This document shows positions 22,180-36,189 of a stretch of 64,000 nucleotides of DNA, piece by piece. The notes beneath the pieces were generated by a model. That model saw nothing but the letters and a program-made list of their open reading frames with translations, was not told where the DNA came from and did not search any database. This stretch comes from Tricharina praecox. Lineage: Eukaryota. How positions within the stretch are numbered: the first letter of the stretch is position 1; each line of letters begins with the position of its first letter. The translations under genes were made by a program, and so were the position numbers. The stretch is from assembly GCF_024521635.1 (NCBI RefSeq), contig NW_026250408.1, forward strand, positions 372,001 through 436,000, written 5' to 3'.

Positions 22180-24656
22180 CTAATCCTCATATATCGGCAC
22201 CCTCTCACTGATCGCTCTAATATCGCTATGCACGACCTCCTCTATGTCCTCGCCCTTCCCGGCGACGACTCGTAGTATAAGCTCGTTCAAATCGGGCCTT
22301 CCGAGGATATCGACATGATCGGCGGTGGTCGGACCGCCTCTGATATCGAACCTGCCAGGCTCGTGGGCGAGCTCAACGGTCTTTATCTGTACGCCGGCGG
22401 GATTGTACCGCGAGATCTTCCAGCCCTTGGTGCACATGTACCCCGAGCTCAGGATCGGCACTGTGCCGTCGCCCTCGCCCAGGATCACGCCGTGGTCGCT
22501 GCCGAAGCCCGTGATGGCGCTGTCGATGACGACGCGCAGCTTCGAGGTCGCGTCGTCGACCGGACGGATGTAGTAGCTCCGCTCGGTGGGCTTGCCGACG
22601 CCGTAGAAACAGTAAATTTTTAGGTTGGGCGCGAGCGGGAGGCGCGACTCGAGTGGGTTGATCCATTTGGCTGGGTTGTGTTCGTTTTCCTACGAGTTTG
22701 TTAGTTGGAGCGAGATATACACCGCCGCCGTGCAGATGTGGGAAATAGCTACCTCAATCTCCTTCCTGGTCAAAGCCACGCCGTGACTATAATTCTGCGA
22801 GATCTGGTTTCTGTACCAGTCATCGCTGGTATCTAGCAAGTACTTTAGACTATCGGAAACCGTCATGTTGTTCGCCACGGTAGTTCCATTCTTCAGCGCG
22901 TACTTGAGCGTTGATCCGAATGTATCCCCCATTCCTGGCTCGTCGTCAGGCGCCCAAGTGAGGTTTCCCCAAATCGCCTCGCCGCCCTTCGGTAACATGC
23001 TGGAGATTCCCGGCATGGCCCGCATGATCTCCGCTCGGTCTTCTTTGCCGAAGAATTTTTCGAGGCCGTAGACGGCTACGGGGTTTAGTTGAACGGTGTC
23101 TCGCATTTCGCCAGAGAGGACCGCGGGAACGCCTTTGATTGCACCGAGCATGCTACCGCTGAGCTGAGACACTGTCAGCACCGGAAAATTCACCATAGCT
23201 TCCCCGATAACCTACATTGATGAAAGAGTCTATGGTCCCATCGTTAGAATAGCTTCGTAATATTGATACGAGGTTCGTGAATCTTACCCACGTTGTCCTC
23301 CACCCAATTCGGACCTCCATTCCCAAAGCCTTCTGCCTCTACCCACTTGAAGAAGTAATGTACCACTGCATCCCGCGGATTAGAGTCACATACTCGTTCG
23401 TTCCGCAGAGCGACGAGATCTGCCTACCTTGTGAGCCCATGCTGTGCGCAACGATAGCAACCTTCTTATCTGACAATCGTCTGGCCGTTTCTATATGCAC
23501 TTTAAGCTTTGAGAAGTATCTATCCCGAACCTCCAGATTAGAGTACGACAGCCGCCAATCGTAGGAGGCTTGAGTATTCCAACACATCAGTGGGATTCCT
23601 TCGTCTCACCAAGCTGAGAAGTCCACTCACCGGTGTATGCCGAGGTAGGATCATATCCAATCGACGCCAGGTTCTCGAGGATTTTACTCCAGATCCAGTA
23701 TCCAGTAACGAAGAAGTCCGTGGCATCGAACCCCTACACAGCTATCAGCTTGCGTCCCTTCCATCGAATCCTTAAAGTCAAACTCACCATGGCAGCCCTC
23801 AGTTTAATCCCCGGCGGATCGAGTCCCGTTACTTTATCCAACATGATATGTTGCTATGGGTACATCCCGTCAGCGTCCCATCCGCACGAACCACTCGTTC
23901 GACCAGAGTAGCTACCTTCCAGCTGGTACGATCTTAGTAAATTAGTAACGGCGTGCCGCTTCACAGCAGAGGTTTGTGGGGCCAAACCTGTGATCAACGC
24001 CCGAAGCATTACCCACGAACCCCATAACCGCTTTCTGAAGTACGGCCGGCTTTGCTCTTCAGTGCCCCAACTTTCGAGACTGCATAGTAGCGGTAATCTT
24101 AGCACTGTCGTATGTGTTTTCAACGGAGGAGGAAGATCGCGAAACGAACCCTGTAGAAATAACCCCCGGAATCTGTTCTCCCCCATCATCAGCATATATC
24201 GTCGACCGTTCAACCTAGCCCACATACCATAACAACTGGATACTTAACCTCCAGTCCTTGCGCCTTTAGCGAAAGCCCAGTGCTAAAGGCTTCATAATTA
24301 ACTGCAGCCTTCTCCCTCTGAGAGATATCGCTCGCCTCTTTCAAGATGCCGACTGGAATAACATCAATAATGGAGTCGAGACTCATGTCCCTCAGCAACT
24401 GTAGTCCTATGTCCTGATTCTTTGCCGCCGCCCCAGCGAGCAGCAACCCGGCCAGGCCACCTATGGTGAAGATCAGCCACGACGACCGCTTTTTTTGACG
24501 TTTGTGTGTGGTTCGGTGGGCGGTGGCGTCTTCGGACGAGGAGGATTCTTCGACTTCGAGCGTGACCGTGGTGGTGCCGGTGCCAGTGCCAGGCTTCGAC
24601 TGTGACGATTTGCGATGGCGAGGAGCCATTTCTGCTTTTGCGGTGGAGGGCGACAT
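22180..24656 (-). CDS. LRO1: Phospholipid:diacylglycerol acyltransferase (LCAT family), multi-exon
   Basis: N-terminal TM helix; PVVMIPGVISTGLESWG; YFRKRLWGSW; YDWRLSY; AHSMG (lipase nucleophile elbow); GEGDGTVP; DHVDILG. Start could be at 24656 or 24629. Confidence 0.93.
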
Positions 24657-25076
24657 CACAATGTCCGGAGAACTAGCGAGGGTGTTTCTTTCTTCTCAGA
24701 GGGGGGTGAATGGCGCGCGCGGAACGGATCGAACTGAGGTTCGCGTTCCGTCCCAAGCTTGTGATGGAGCTTCCCATACCATCCCTGATCCCCCGGGTTC
24801 CGTGGTCAGAAATTGGTTACATCATTAGTTAGTGGAGCTTCTTTGAGCCGCATGGGAAGTTCCGATAAGGCATGTGCTCCACTCCCACCAACCATCCAGC
24901 ACAGCAACCCCACGTCCAACAAGAAGCTCGTGTTCCGAACGAAGCTTACCTATCCATCCTCGCCCGCACGCAGAGAACAAGCTTGTGAGACGCTCCCTCC
25001 CGTGTGCTTGCTATGCCAGTGCCACCATGCTGAACCCCGAAACGCAGCCCGACTCCCACCCACCACTCTACCCACC

Positions 25077-25771
25077 ATGGCCGCCACCCAGGGCCCGATC
25101 AACTACAGCGCCTACGACCCTAGCCGCGAGGTCGCGCAGCTCGAAGCGATCCGGTCGATGATCTCCACGGACCTCTCAGAACCCTACAGCATCTATGTGT
25201 ACCGGTATTTCCTCTACCAATGGGGCGACCTATGCTACATGGCGTTCGATGGGGATCTGTTGGTCGGGGTGGTTGTTGGCAAGCTCGAGCGACATCGTGG
25301 TGGCCCCCTGCGTGGGTACATTGCCATGTTGGCGACGAAGAAGGAGTACCGGGGGAATGGGATCGGTATGTGGCGGTACGCGTGGACGGGGGAGGCGGTT
25401 GCTGACAGCTGAGGGTTACAGCGACGAAGTTGGTGCAGATGGCTATCGATGCGATGAAGGCGCAGGATGCCGATGAGGTATTGTGCCCCGGCCCTGAACG
25501 GAAGGAGCTGGCTGACAAGCCGGGGATTCACAAGGTCGCACTCGAGACGGAAACGACAAATACCGCGGCCATAAAGCTCTATGAGCGCCTAGGCTTCCTG
25601 AGGAGTAAGCGGCTACATCGATATTACTTCAACGGCAACTCAGCGTTCAGGTTGATTCTGTACCTGAAGCCGAGCCCGAACCCGAGCTGTGGTTGTGAAG
25701 GAAACGAGCATGAGCACAATCACGACCACGATCAGGATCACAGCCATAGTCACGATGGATCATCATCGTAA
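25077..25771 (+). CDS. MAK3: NatC N-terminal acetyltransferase catalytic subunit (GNAT), with His-rich C-terminal tail
   Basis: DLSEPYSIYVYRYFLYQW, RGYIAMLA, ALETETTNTAAIKLYERLGFLRSKRLHRYY. Two introns. Confidence 0.93.
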
Positions 25772-25876
25772 GAGAAACATAGAACATAGCCAACCAAAAC
25801 CGCTAAAGAAAGAAAAGAAACCAATCATGACCCTTCCATACCCAAGTATCTTGCATAATAGAATAGAGTAGATCCC

Positions 25877-28800
25877 CTAAGCAGCAGCCTGAACCACTCT
25901 GAAGCCCCCCGTAACTGTCTTCTGTATTTCTTCATTCTTATGTGGGAGAAGGGAGAGTGCATACGCAATCTCGTCCCATTGCCGCTGAGTCTCGCAGCGT
26001 GGGAGACGAGCGGCAAGTTTGTCGGAGAGCTGCTTTGCGTGTTTGTCCTGTAATTGTTTTTGTATGTCAGAAATAGTTTAGATGAGAAGGGAATAATAGG
26101 ATCGAGGCGATGATTACCTTCTCAATAAAGCTCGCAAGGAATTTAACGATACGCTTCATCGACTCCTCGTCGAGGTCCTCCTCTGCGGAGAGTAGCGAGA
26201 ACATATCCACAAAGTGGTTATAGACTGCATTATCCTTGGTAGCAAGCTCGGTGAAAAACATTCTCGCCAGATCCGCGATCCTCTTGTCCGAATCCTCAAG
26301 GCACTTGGCCATCTGTCCCAGCTGCCCTTTGACCTTGACTTGACCCGCCAGGATCAAGAATGTCAGTGTCATCAGACAGGTGCGCTTTACCGACGCTTCG
26401 TTGTCGTTTAGACGCCGGTAGAGGAAGTTGGTGTTTTCATCGATGAGGTGGTTGAAGCATACGGCCATGTCGCCCACTGCGATCACGGCGTTGTTTCGCA
26501 CAATGGAGTCGGTGGACCGTTCCATGATGGTAATCAACAGCTGCAGGTGTTCCTCGCAGTATTCCGCTGACACACACATCAACTTGCCCATGCAAAGCGT
26601 AGCCTGAGCCTGGAGATTCCGATCCTACTGATCATCAACACACGATGTTCCATCTATTCCAGGTATCGGTGGAGAACTTACAGTGTACAGTGTATTCCTT
26701 GTACAAATCTCCGTGACCAAAGATCCGAACCTGGCTAGCAATGAATCTTCTCCATACAGCAGCTCGCGTTCACTAATCATCGTTAGCCATCGTCCATAAT
26801 ACTCTATGCAACCGTATGGCAACGAACCGAACGTGTGCTATTCCCTCGGTGAAATCGTCCTCCGTAGTACCGCCAATGAGATCGAGTTCGTCCTGCTCCT
26901 CATCGGTTTTACCGTTGGGAGTTTCAACTTCCTTCTCTGCAGGGTGTCAGCTGGACCAGTAACACCGAATAGGCAGGGGGAAAGCGCACTCTTCTCCAGC
27001 TCCGTCTTCTTGCGTTTGAACTCGAGCTCTAGGAGTTCGAGGTGGACGATTTGTTTGACTAATAACCATCAGCTTCACTGATCTTGCGATGGACGATTAT
27101 GAAGACACTCACTAGCAACATGTCCAACGATGAAGAGAAGCTGCGACAACGGGAAGTAGGACGGGGCCGCCGGTTCGTTCGATTGTTGAGCCGTCTCCGC
27201 TTCCTCAGGCGCACCAGCTTCCTGCATGACCTGATCTTCAGAACCGTCCTGTTGCGGGAGCGCCGGCAGGTTGCTGAAGACAGCAACCGTCTTCCTCTTG
27301 ATGATGTCTCCGCAGAGTAGATCCGGCTTCTTCGCAAGTGCATATATGGCGCCTATCGCCTGTTCTGCCATGCCGTACCAGTCTTTGCTTTCCGATGGCA
27401 ATTGTACCAATGCTGCCAATCGTTCCATTATCGGGTGATCGTTCGGTAGTTTGCCCATGGAAGACGGTGCGTCCTTTGCTTTCCTACCAACGGGACTGAT
27501 GTGTCTCAAAGCTAGACAAGTGTATTTTGCAAGCCCGAGGTCCTTCCTCCCCAGCGGACCAAGTCCCACACGAATGATGGTCTCCAGCTGCCTGACCACG
27601 ATCTCCGGTTCGGCGAGGGCCAACATCCCAAGCACAATTATCGCGCCGCGCCTCTGCGCTCTCGGAATCTTGACCTTCTGCACATTGTATATCTGCCACA
27701 ATTTGCTGATGACGAGATCGGAGATGAGACCTTCAGACATCATCTTGCTCATGAGTTGTTCGAGCGAAGTCAACTCCGAAGTTGTGGTACCGATCGTCAG
27801 GCTGAGCATGTTTCGGGCAATGTAGTTGGCAGAGTCATTTTCCGACATTTCCGGCGGAGCAACGAAGAAGAGGTCCTTGTAGGTCTCGATGAGGTGCGTT
27901 TGCACCCCCTTCCCTTCATCGCTGCTAGCTTTCGTCCAGATCAGACGGAGCATTCGCCGGATTCCAATCTTTGCGGTCTCAACTTTGTAGACGTCGAGGG
28001 ATTTGAAGAAGTCCATGGCCTCGATGACTTCACTCTTGTTTTTAGAGGACAAGAGCTGCATGACGATGTCCGAGGCCTCGTGGATTGTTTCGATGAACCT
28101 CAACGCCTCCAAGTAGTATCGCCTCGTAAGCTGCAGCCTCGTGATTTCCTCCGAGTGGTCCTGTTGGGGCTGCGGCGGGGCTTTCTTTGGGCTTTCTCCG
28201 GCATCATGGCCATCGTTACTCCCGATCTCTGTCGCGTCGTCCAACAGCTCGGGATCCACCGTTCCGTCTCCGGGTTCAGCTTTACTGGCGGCCATCTCTT
28301 CAACAGGTGCGATGAGCTGGTTGAGTTCGTCATCCAACACGTTGAGCCGCGCCTCCCATTCCGAGTATCTCAGGAGACCACCGTGCAGTGCACTAAACGG
28401 GTGGCTGGAGAGGAGCTTAGTCAAAAGCTTAATCGCATTCCTGCGGACATTGCTGCTCTTGTCCTTCAGACTGCGACACGCAAGGTCTGCCGCCTTTTGA
28501 CGACGCTTGGGGAACTTGGTTTCAAGGCTATACGCGTAGTCTCAGTTAATGTCCGAAGTAGGCAGGGAAGAAGCTGGACATGACATACTCGAGAAGTTTG
28601 CCGTGATAAACCTGGATCGTTTTTGACCTGCAATATGGGTTGACATCCAAGAATCTTTCTTCCAGCAAGTCGAAAAACGCATTCATCTGAGCCTTATGGT
28701 TTTCGCTTCGCTCATCGTCCTTCGTCAGCTCTACAATAAGGTTTCCGCAAACTTCGATGACGGCGTTCCGCAAGTTGTGTGACTGCGACATTGTGTAAAT

Positions 28801-30024
28801 TTCAACCAGCCATAACCGTGGGATCCAACAAGACATACTTCTATCTCCAGCAGCTTGACAACCAATGTCATCTGCTTCAACACCAAGCGAGGCAGCCTTT
28901 CTGACAACGTTACGATGAAGGTCGAGATGGACTTGGGGCCTTTGGAGTCATTGCTATTGAACTCCCTGTTGCTCAGTTCCCTCAGGACTTCATCCACCAG
29001 CTGCGGATAGTCGTATTGCTCGAACAATATTTGGAGGAACTCGGCCATCGGCTCAGACAGATGCTCAAAGTACGTCAATTTCTGCACGATGGACGTTTGT
29101 GCACCTAGACAGAGGTTTCGTCAGATATAGACGCCACACCTAGGATCTCGCGGACATACCGAAAGCGTGGCCATGGTGCTTCACCGCGATACAGAGAACC
29201 CTGATGATGTACATCTTGATTTTGTTGTTTTTCACTCTCTGCTCGTTCTCTAAAATCAAGTAGACTGGCCTCGTGAAGAGCGAGACAAAGGTGTCCCTCT
29301 CGGAGGTCGTGACAAACACTCGTAGCAACCGGACCTTGAGATTGAGAACTTTGCACATCACCTCTAGAGCGGTGGTGAGCTGTGTGGTCGAATCCCATGC
29401 CGCGCTTGCTACGGCTTTCCCCTTCCCTTTGGCTTTTCCTTTGCCCCTTTGTCCGCCCACCGTCGTACCAGCCGTTGCCGAAGAGTCCGGTTTCTCATTT
29501 CTCGCCTCCAGTCCTGCGATCACCCATTGGAGGAGGAACCCATAAATCTCCAGCAACTCTCTATGTTCCTTCAACGTGTCCTGCTCGTCGGAATCGAGAT
29601 CCATATTGACAACGTCCGCTTCCGCCGAGAGTCCGGAGACGATGATGTCCAGGACTTTTCCGGCGGCCTGGACCGGGATGACCGCGAAGTACCTGCGCGC
29701 ACAAACACAAACACATCAGCCGCGCGCGCCCCAGATCAAAGCCGCCACACCCACACACGTAGAAGACGCCTACTTGAGCAAACACTGTACAGTATCCAGC
29801 ACCGAGAGTCTAGAGATCGCGTCGGGATTCTCGGCGACCCGATCGATGATGGGATCCAAGATCTGGTTTATCATCGCATTGGTGAGCGAATCGGGATTCT
29901 CTTCTGCTTCGATCAGGCCGTTGTCCGCTTCTGTACATGGCACCGACGCCGGGTTGTCGTGGTAGAAGCGCAGCGAGGCGTTCAAATCGAAGGACACCCG
30001 GTCTTCCTCCATATCTTCGTCCAT
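25877..30024 (-). CDS. YCS4: Condensin complex subunit 1 (CAP-D2/Cnd1 HEAT protein), multi-exon
   Basis: LTYFEHLSEPMAEFL, ERFLDVNPYCRSK, ELDLIGGTTEDDFTE, VRNNAVIAVGDMAVCFNHLIDENT, CLMTLTFLILAGQVKVKGQLG. Confidence 0.95.
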
Positions 30025-30391
30025 AGCGACAGGTGCAGATGTTGTGAAGCGAATGTGATGGCGGTGCTGAAGTTTTTTGTTTGTTTATGCGGCGTCCAGA
30101 AGAGGTTGCGGTGGCGGGCGGCAGTGGGGTTGTAGATAGGTGATGCTCTCTCTCACTTCCAGGCCGTTCGCTTCACGCTTCACGCTGTCACGTCTTTCTT
30201 TGTGATCCCTGTCGCGTTTTTTCGCTACACACCACCACCAGCACCAGCAGCAGCACCACCACCGGCGAGACCAAAACAACTTCTCAACTTCACAGACCAC
30301 ACCTTACGAAACGACTCGCGCATTCCCACGACCCCGCGAGACATTGTTGCTCTCCCTTGTCGCGGACGCTGTCTAGTCTATTCAGGCCAGC

Positions 30392-32627
30392 ATGGACTCC
30401 ACCCGCGAATCTCCAAGCGCATACCACACGCCGGTCAAGAAACCGCCTTCGCCGATATCGCATGCGACGTCGTCCTACAGCTTCTATGACGAGAACGTCG
30501 AGCGCCAGATCGCGCTGCGAGATCCGGGCCTGGCAAATCTGATTGAGCACAATAAGCGGCAGCGCGCTTCGGGGGCCTACAGCATTACCACTACTACTGC
30601 GCCAACTACCGTCGCCACTGGTGCCGCACCATTGAGTTCGCACACTGAAGAAGAGGAGGAGGAGGAGGAAGAGGAGGAGGAGGAGGAGGAAGAGGAGGAA
30701 GAGGTAGAGGCGGATGGCGGAGAACGGGGATATAGTCACAATCACAAGGACAGCCGCCAGCCAGAGTACGACGAAATGGATGAGGACCACTCGTATGCGG
30801 AGGAGGAGGAGGTGGGCGAGGAGGAAGATGAGGCGGAGGAGGAGTATGAGGACGAGGATGAGGACGCGGAGGGTGAGGATGAGGAGGTTGAGGACGAAGA
30901 GGTTGAGGATGTGAGGGATCCGGCGGAAACAGAAGATCTACAGGAGGAGAGTGAGGAGGAGCCAGATGAAAGGCGTGGAAATGCCAATGTCAATGCTGAG
31001 AACGGGATCAAGGATAGGCGGCGTGCAGCTTCTCGAAGTCCTAGTTATGAGGATAAAGCCAGGGAGGATGACGACCGGACGGATGGGGAGGGTACGGAGG
31101 ATGAGGATGAGGGGTCTGTGTACTCGGAATGTCCAGAAGAGGAAGAGGAGGAGGAAGAAGAAGAGGAAGAGGATGAGGAATATGCCACAGATCCTCTGGT
31201 CATAGAGGAGATTGAGAAGTTCCAGACCACGTTCCGCGGCATTGAGAAACGATTTAGGTTGATAAATAAGATCGGTGAAGGTAATCACCCCTCCACCCAC
31301 GGCCACCTCTCAGAACTGATTATTCCTCCAGGAACTTTCAGTTCGGTGTATAAAGCGGAAGACCTACTGTACGATAGATACGACAACAGCTGGGACCTCG
31401 AGGACATACCCCCGCCACGACTGAACGGCAGTCGTCCGCCAAAATACGTAGCTATCAAAAAGATTTATGTCACCAGTTCACCAGCACGAATACAGAACGA
31501 GCTGGAACTTCTGCACGATCTGACAGGCTGCAAATCCGTCGTTCCGCTGGTTACCGCATTCCGGTACCAAGACCAAGTTGTTGCGATCCTGCCATACTTC
31601 CGACATGTTGATTTCCGGGTGCGTCGATATATCTTCATTCCACACAAGTCAAGTCAAGCTACAGCCACTGACCCAGCACCATGCAGGAATACTTCCGCAA
31701 CCTAACAATAAACGGCATGATCTTGTACTTCAAATCGCTCTTCACCGCGCTGGAGCACGTGCACGCCCACAACATCATCCACCGGGACATCAAGCCGACC
31801 AACTTTCTGTACGACTTCTACAAGGGCCGGGGCGTGCTCTGCGACTTTGGCCTCGCCGAGCGCGAGGGCACCGACACTTCGTTCTGCGCCTGCCAGCAAT
31901 CCAGCGGAGAGCGCAAAGACCTCCGACTACCCTCGTCGATGACCGCCATGTCCCAGGGATACCCAAAAAACGACTCAAGACCCTCCCGCCGCGCAAACCG
32001 TGCGGGCACCCGCGGCTTCCGCGCTCCAGAGGTGCTGTTCAAGTGCACCTGCCAAACAACCAGTGCGTCCGCCCCCCCTCCCCCCTTCTTCCCCCCCATC
32101 CCCCCCACTCCTCCCGGGCACAGACTGACTTAACCCCTGTAGAAATCGACATCTGGTCCGCGGGCGTAATCCTGCTCACAATCCTCAGCAAGCGTTTCCC
32201 CTTCTTCAACAGCAGCGACGACGTGGACGCCATAATCGAGATCGCGACGATCTTCGGCAAGTCGAAGATGCGCTCATGCGCCGCTTTACACGGGTGCATA
32301 TTCGAGACGACCATCCCGACGATCGGCGAGAAGGGGTTCACGTTAGAAAAGATCGTGCTATGGGCGACGAACCGCTCCGCGGGCGGCGGCAGCAGCAGCG
32401 CAGACCAGGATTTACTACCAGAGGGGGAAAAGCTGGCGTGTCAGTTCCTCGCGAGGTGCTTTGAACTTGACCCCGCGAAGAGGATTAGTGCCGCGGAGGC
32501 GCTGGAACATGATTTCCTCAACTATGTCGACCCTGACGAGGAGGAGGAGGAGGAGGAGGATGGGGAGGAAGGGGAGGGGGAGGATGATGATGCGGACGCG
32601 GACGGCGATGAGGAGGTAGATATCTGA
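30392..32627 (+). CDS. CDC7: DDK kinase Cdc7/Hsk1 with long acidic N-terminus
   Basis: KIGEGTFSSVYKAED, VAIKKIYVTSSPARIQNELELL, HRDIKPTNFL, DFGLAE, RRANRAGTRGFRAPEVLFKC, KRFPFFNS. Three introns. Confidence 0.95.
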
Positions 32628-32642
32628 ATTGAGAACTGGATG

Positions 32643-32769
32643 TGGCGTATATGTGATTTGGTTATGGGCGAAGAGTTGTGTACCTACAACTCATGATTGA
32701 GATCAGGATATGGCGTATATGTGATTTGCTTATGGGCGGATAGTTGTACAATACACAACTCATGATTGA
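32643..32769. repeat. Two imperfect ~58-bp direct repeats (32643-32700; 32711-32769) just after the CDC7 stop
   Basis: TGGCGTATATGTGATTTG.TTATGGGCG...AGTTGT...ACAACTCATGATTGA occurs twice. Confidence 0.85.
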
Positions 32770-33245
32770 TCTATGAGCACATGAATGGGCTCTCGACTGT
32801 AGTGCGCTTCGTCGTGGTATGTGAGGTGCTGATACAAGGGCTCAACGTGGAATAGTAGGGACCTGGTTGTTAGAAGACGAGCTTTGCAATCGCCGCTAAA
32901 CAAGACATGTTTGCTTATCGCAACGCTTTTCCAGGTAACTACACGACTACGAAGTGAAAGCAGAGATGGATACTGGTGTAAGCTGCCGTACCGCAATGAA
33001 TAGACTACCTAGAAGCAACCCTCTCGGCACCTTGAACTCCCGCCCGTCATGATCATGATTTTCGTAAACCCCACTGCTCTCATCCAACCTCTCACACGCA
33101 CAAGCACACACCAGAGAGAAAAGACCTTCCACGAACGGAACAATTTATCGTATCAACACGTGTTTGCGTACAGTGAAACCGAAGAATGAAAACACCCAAG
33201 CCGTCAGAACGAATGAAAGAGAATCAAACATGTTCGCCCCACACC

Positions 33246-34112
<867 letters not shown>

Positions 34113-36189
34113 TTCTGCTTGTGGTGTTTGTTTGTAGGCTGTTGGCGAGAAGTGGGGTCAGCGAGAGGATCAGGAAGTTGAATGAAGTGTTTGATTGGGT
34201 AACAAGAGAACAAGCGAAGGAGCGAAAGAGGTGATTTTGTCGCGATTAAGGTGGCGAAGGAGAGAGAGGGATGAAGGAAGTGAACAGAGTATATGTGAGA
34301 ACAGACCTTTTGGGTGGTGGTGGTAGTGGTGGTTGGTGTAGGAATCAAGGGGAACCGGGGGGTGGAAGTAGTGGGAGTTGGAGGAAGAGGTGGTGATGGA
34401 AGATGGTGGGGAAGGTAACGGGTGGTGGTTGGGATGGGTTAAGTAAGGAAGGGGGGGGTGGGTGCTGGTGGTGGTGGTGGTTGCAACCTTTGAATCGGAG
34501 GGGCGAAGAGAGGAGATAGAAGGAGGGGTTTTGCAAGCCAACCAGCCGCTGAGCACCCAAAACACTCACTCGCTCACGCCCCCAGAAACCTAACAAACCA
34601 ACCCATTTCGGGGGACGCAGCTAGCAACAGGTGGAAATCGAGAGAAGCCAGATAAAATGGAAAATAATATTTAATTCTTTGTTTTTCGATTTGTTTTTTG
34701 TTTCGAATTATTGGAGCGGCAACGGCGACACGCTCTATCCGGTCTTGTTTGCCTGTCTGCCCGCCCGCCTTCTTGCCTGCTTGCATCTCCTTCCGTCCTG
34801 CTGTCTCATTCCAGTTCCATCGTTCTCTCTTTGTGTCAGCTTTATCCGCGCCATTTCTCGCCATGCTAGTGGATGGGCACGTGAATCGAATCAGCCCTCG
34901 ACGGCGCGATAGACAAGGAAAGGACACCCGGGAAGTTGCGGCACTCTCTATCTCCATCTGGTCATGAAGACCCGCGTCGATACACCAAGATGCTGTCGAG
35001 TACCAAGTGCAGGGTGCGTGCAGGTACTCGTGCCTGCTACCTAGTAGCACGGAAGGCAAGCAAGGAGCTGGGAGAACCCGCCACTCGAAGGGCCTCGATG
35101 CGTGACAGCCAGCTGACAATGCAGAAATCTCGGAGAAACACCGCAGGTCATCCATCTTCCTCGGCGGCAAAGAACGTCCGGGTTGCTGAGTGATATCACG
35201 ACCGACCGTCCGTTCGGCCCGGCTAAAAAAACACCCCTCCCAAAGAAGAAACTGCCGGCCAGAACTTCTTCCCCAGACGTCGGTTGTACGCACTCTCCAG
35301 GTACACCAGCACGCCAGCGCCAGCACCAACTTCCGAAGGCTAACCGGAAGAGAAAGAAATTCGAGAAATTCCACCTCTCTCCTACAAGAAAGTCACGAGG
35401 CGAGAAGAGTTCTTCCTCGCGGACTCGCCCTCAGAGAGAGAGAGAGAGAACTTCAATTTATTTCGTATACCCCTCGCTTCCCTCCTCAGCAGCACAGTGA
35501 TTCTCCGAGGAAGATGCCTTCAGACAGCGTCGGACCCTTCGATTATCACGGCATGTCTGGGCTTCTGCCACTGTGCATCACTCGGTTTCTTGTCTCGTGA
35601 CTTACTTTCAAATTGTATGTATGTATGGGGCAACTTGGAGGATGCCGAGATTCACAGTTATGCATACGTCAGTTCATATCTACGACGTTCCAGCTACAAT
35701 CAGCTCCTGCGCGGTTCGGGATACGTGTGCAGTATCTCTCGTCTGTGAGGCCGTGCGCTCGTACTTACGTACGGGTTGACAGTTGGCTTCAAAGTACCGT
35801 ACGACTTCTGCCCTGCAACTCCCCGTCAAGAGGTGGAAAATGATCAGATAGGAGGGGGCTCTGGCTGTGCCGCTGGCGCTTGTCCGGCAACACGTCAACA
35901 GGGAGCAAATCCATGCTGCTAGCCCAGCTTGCCAGCACTGCGAGTGTCGTGTGTCAAGTATGCAGCCGTAGTTACCGTTCCTCGTTCCGCATCGATTGAC
36001 CACATATGGCTTGGCATCACACTCCAGCACTCGTCGCAGACCGAGCTTAGTAAACATCGGTTGCATGGACCCTACGGCTTACCCCACCAAGATTCTTCCC
36101 ACCCCACATGTTCGCACGCCGCTAGCTATGAACGATGGAGATCCGGATCCAAACCAAGTCCTTCTCACCATCAACAGGCCGAAGCTATC

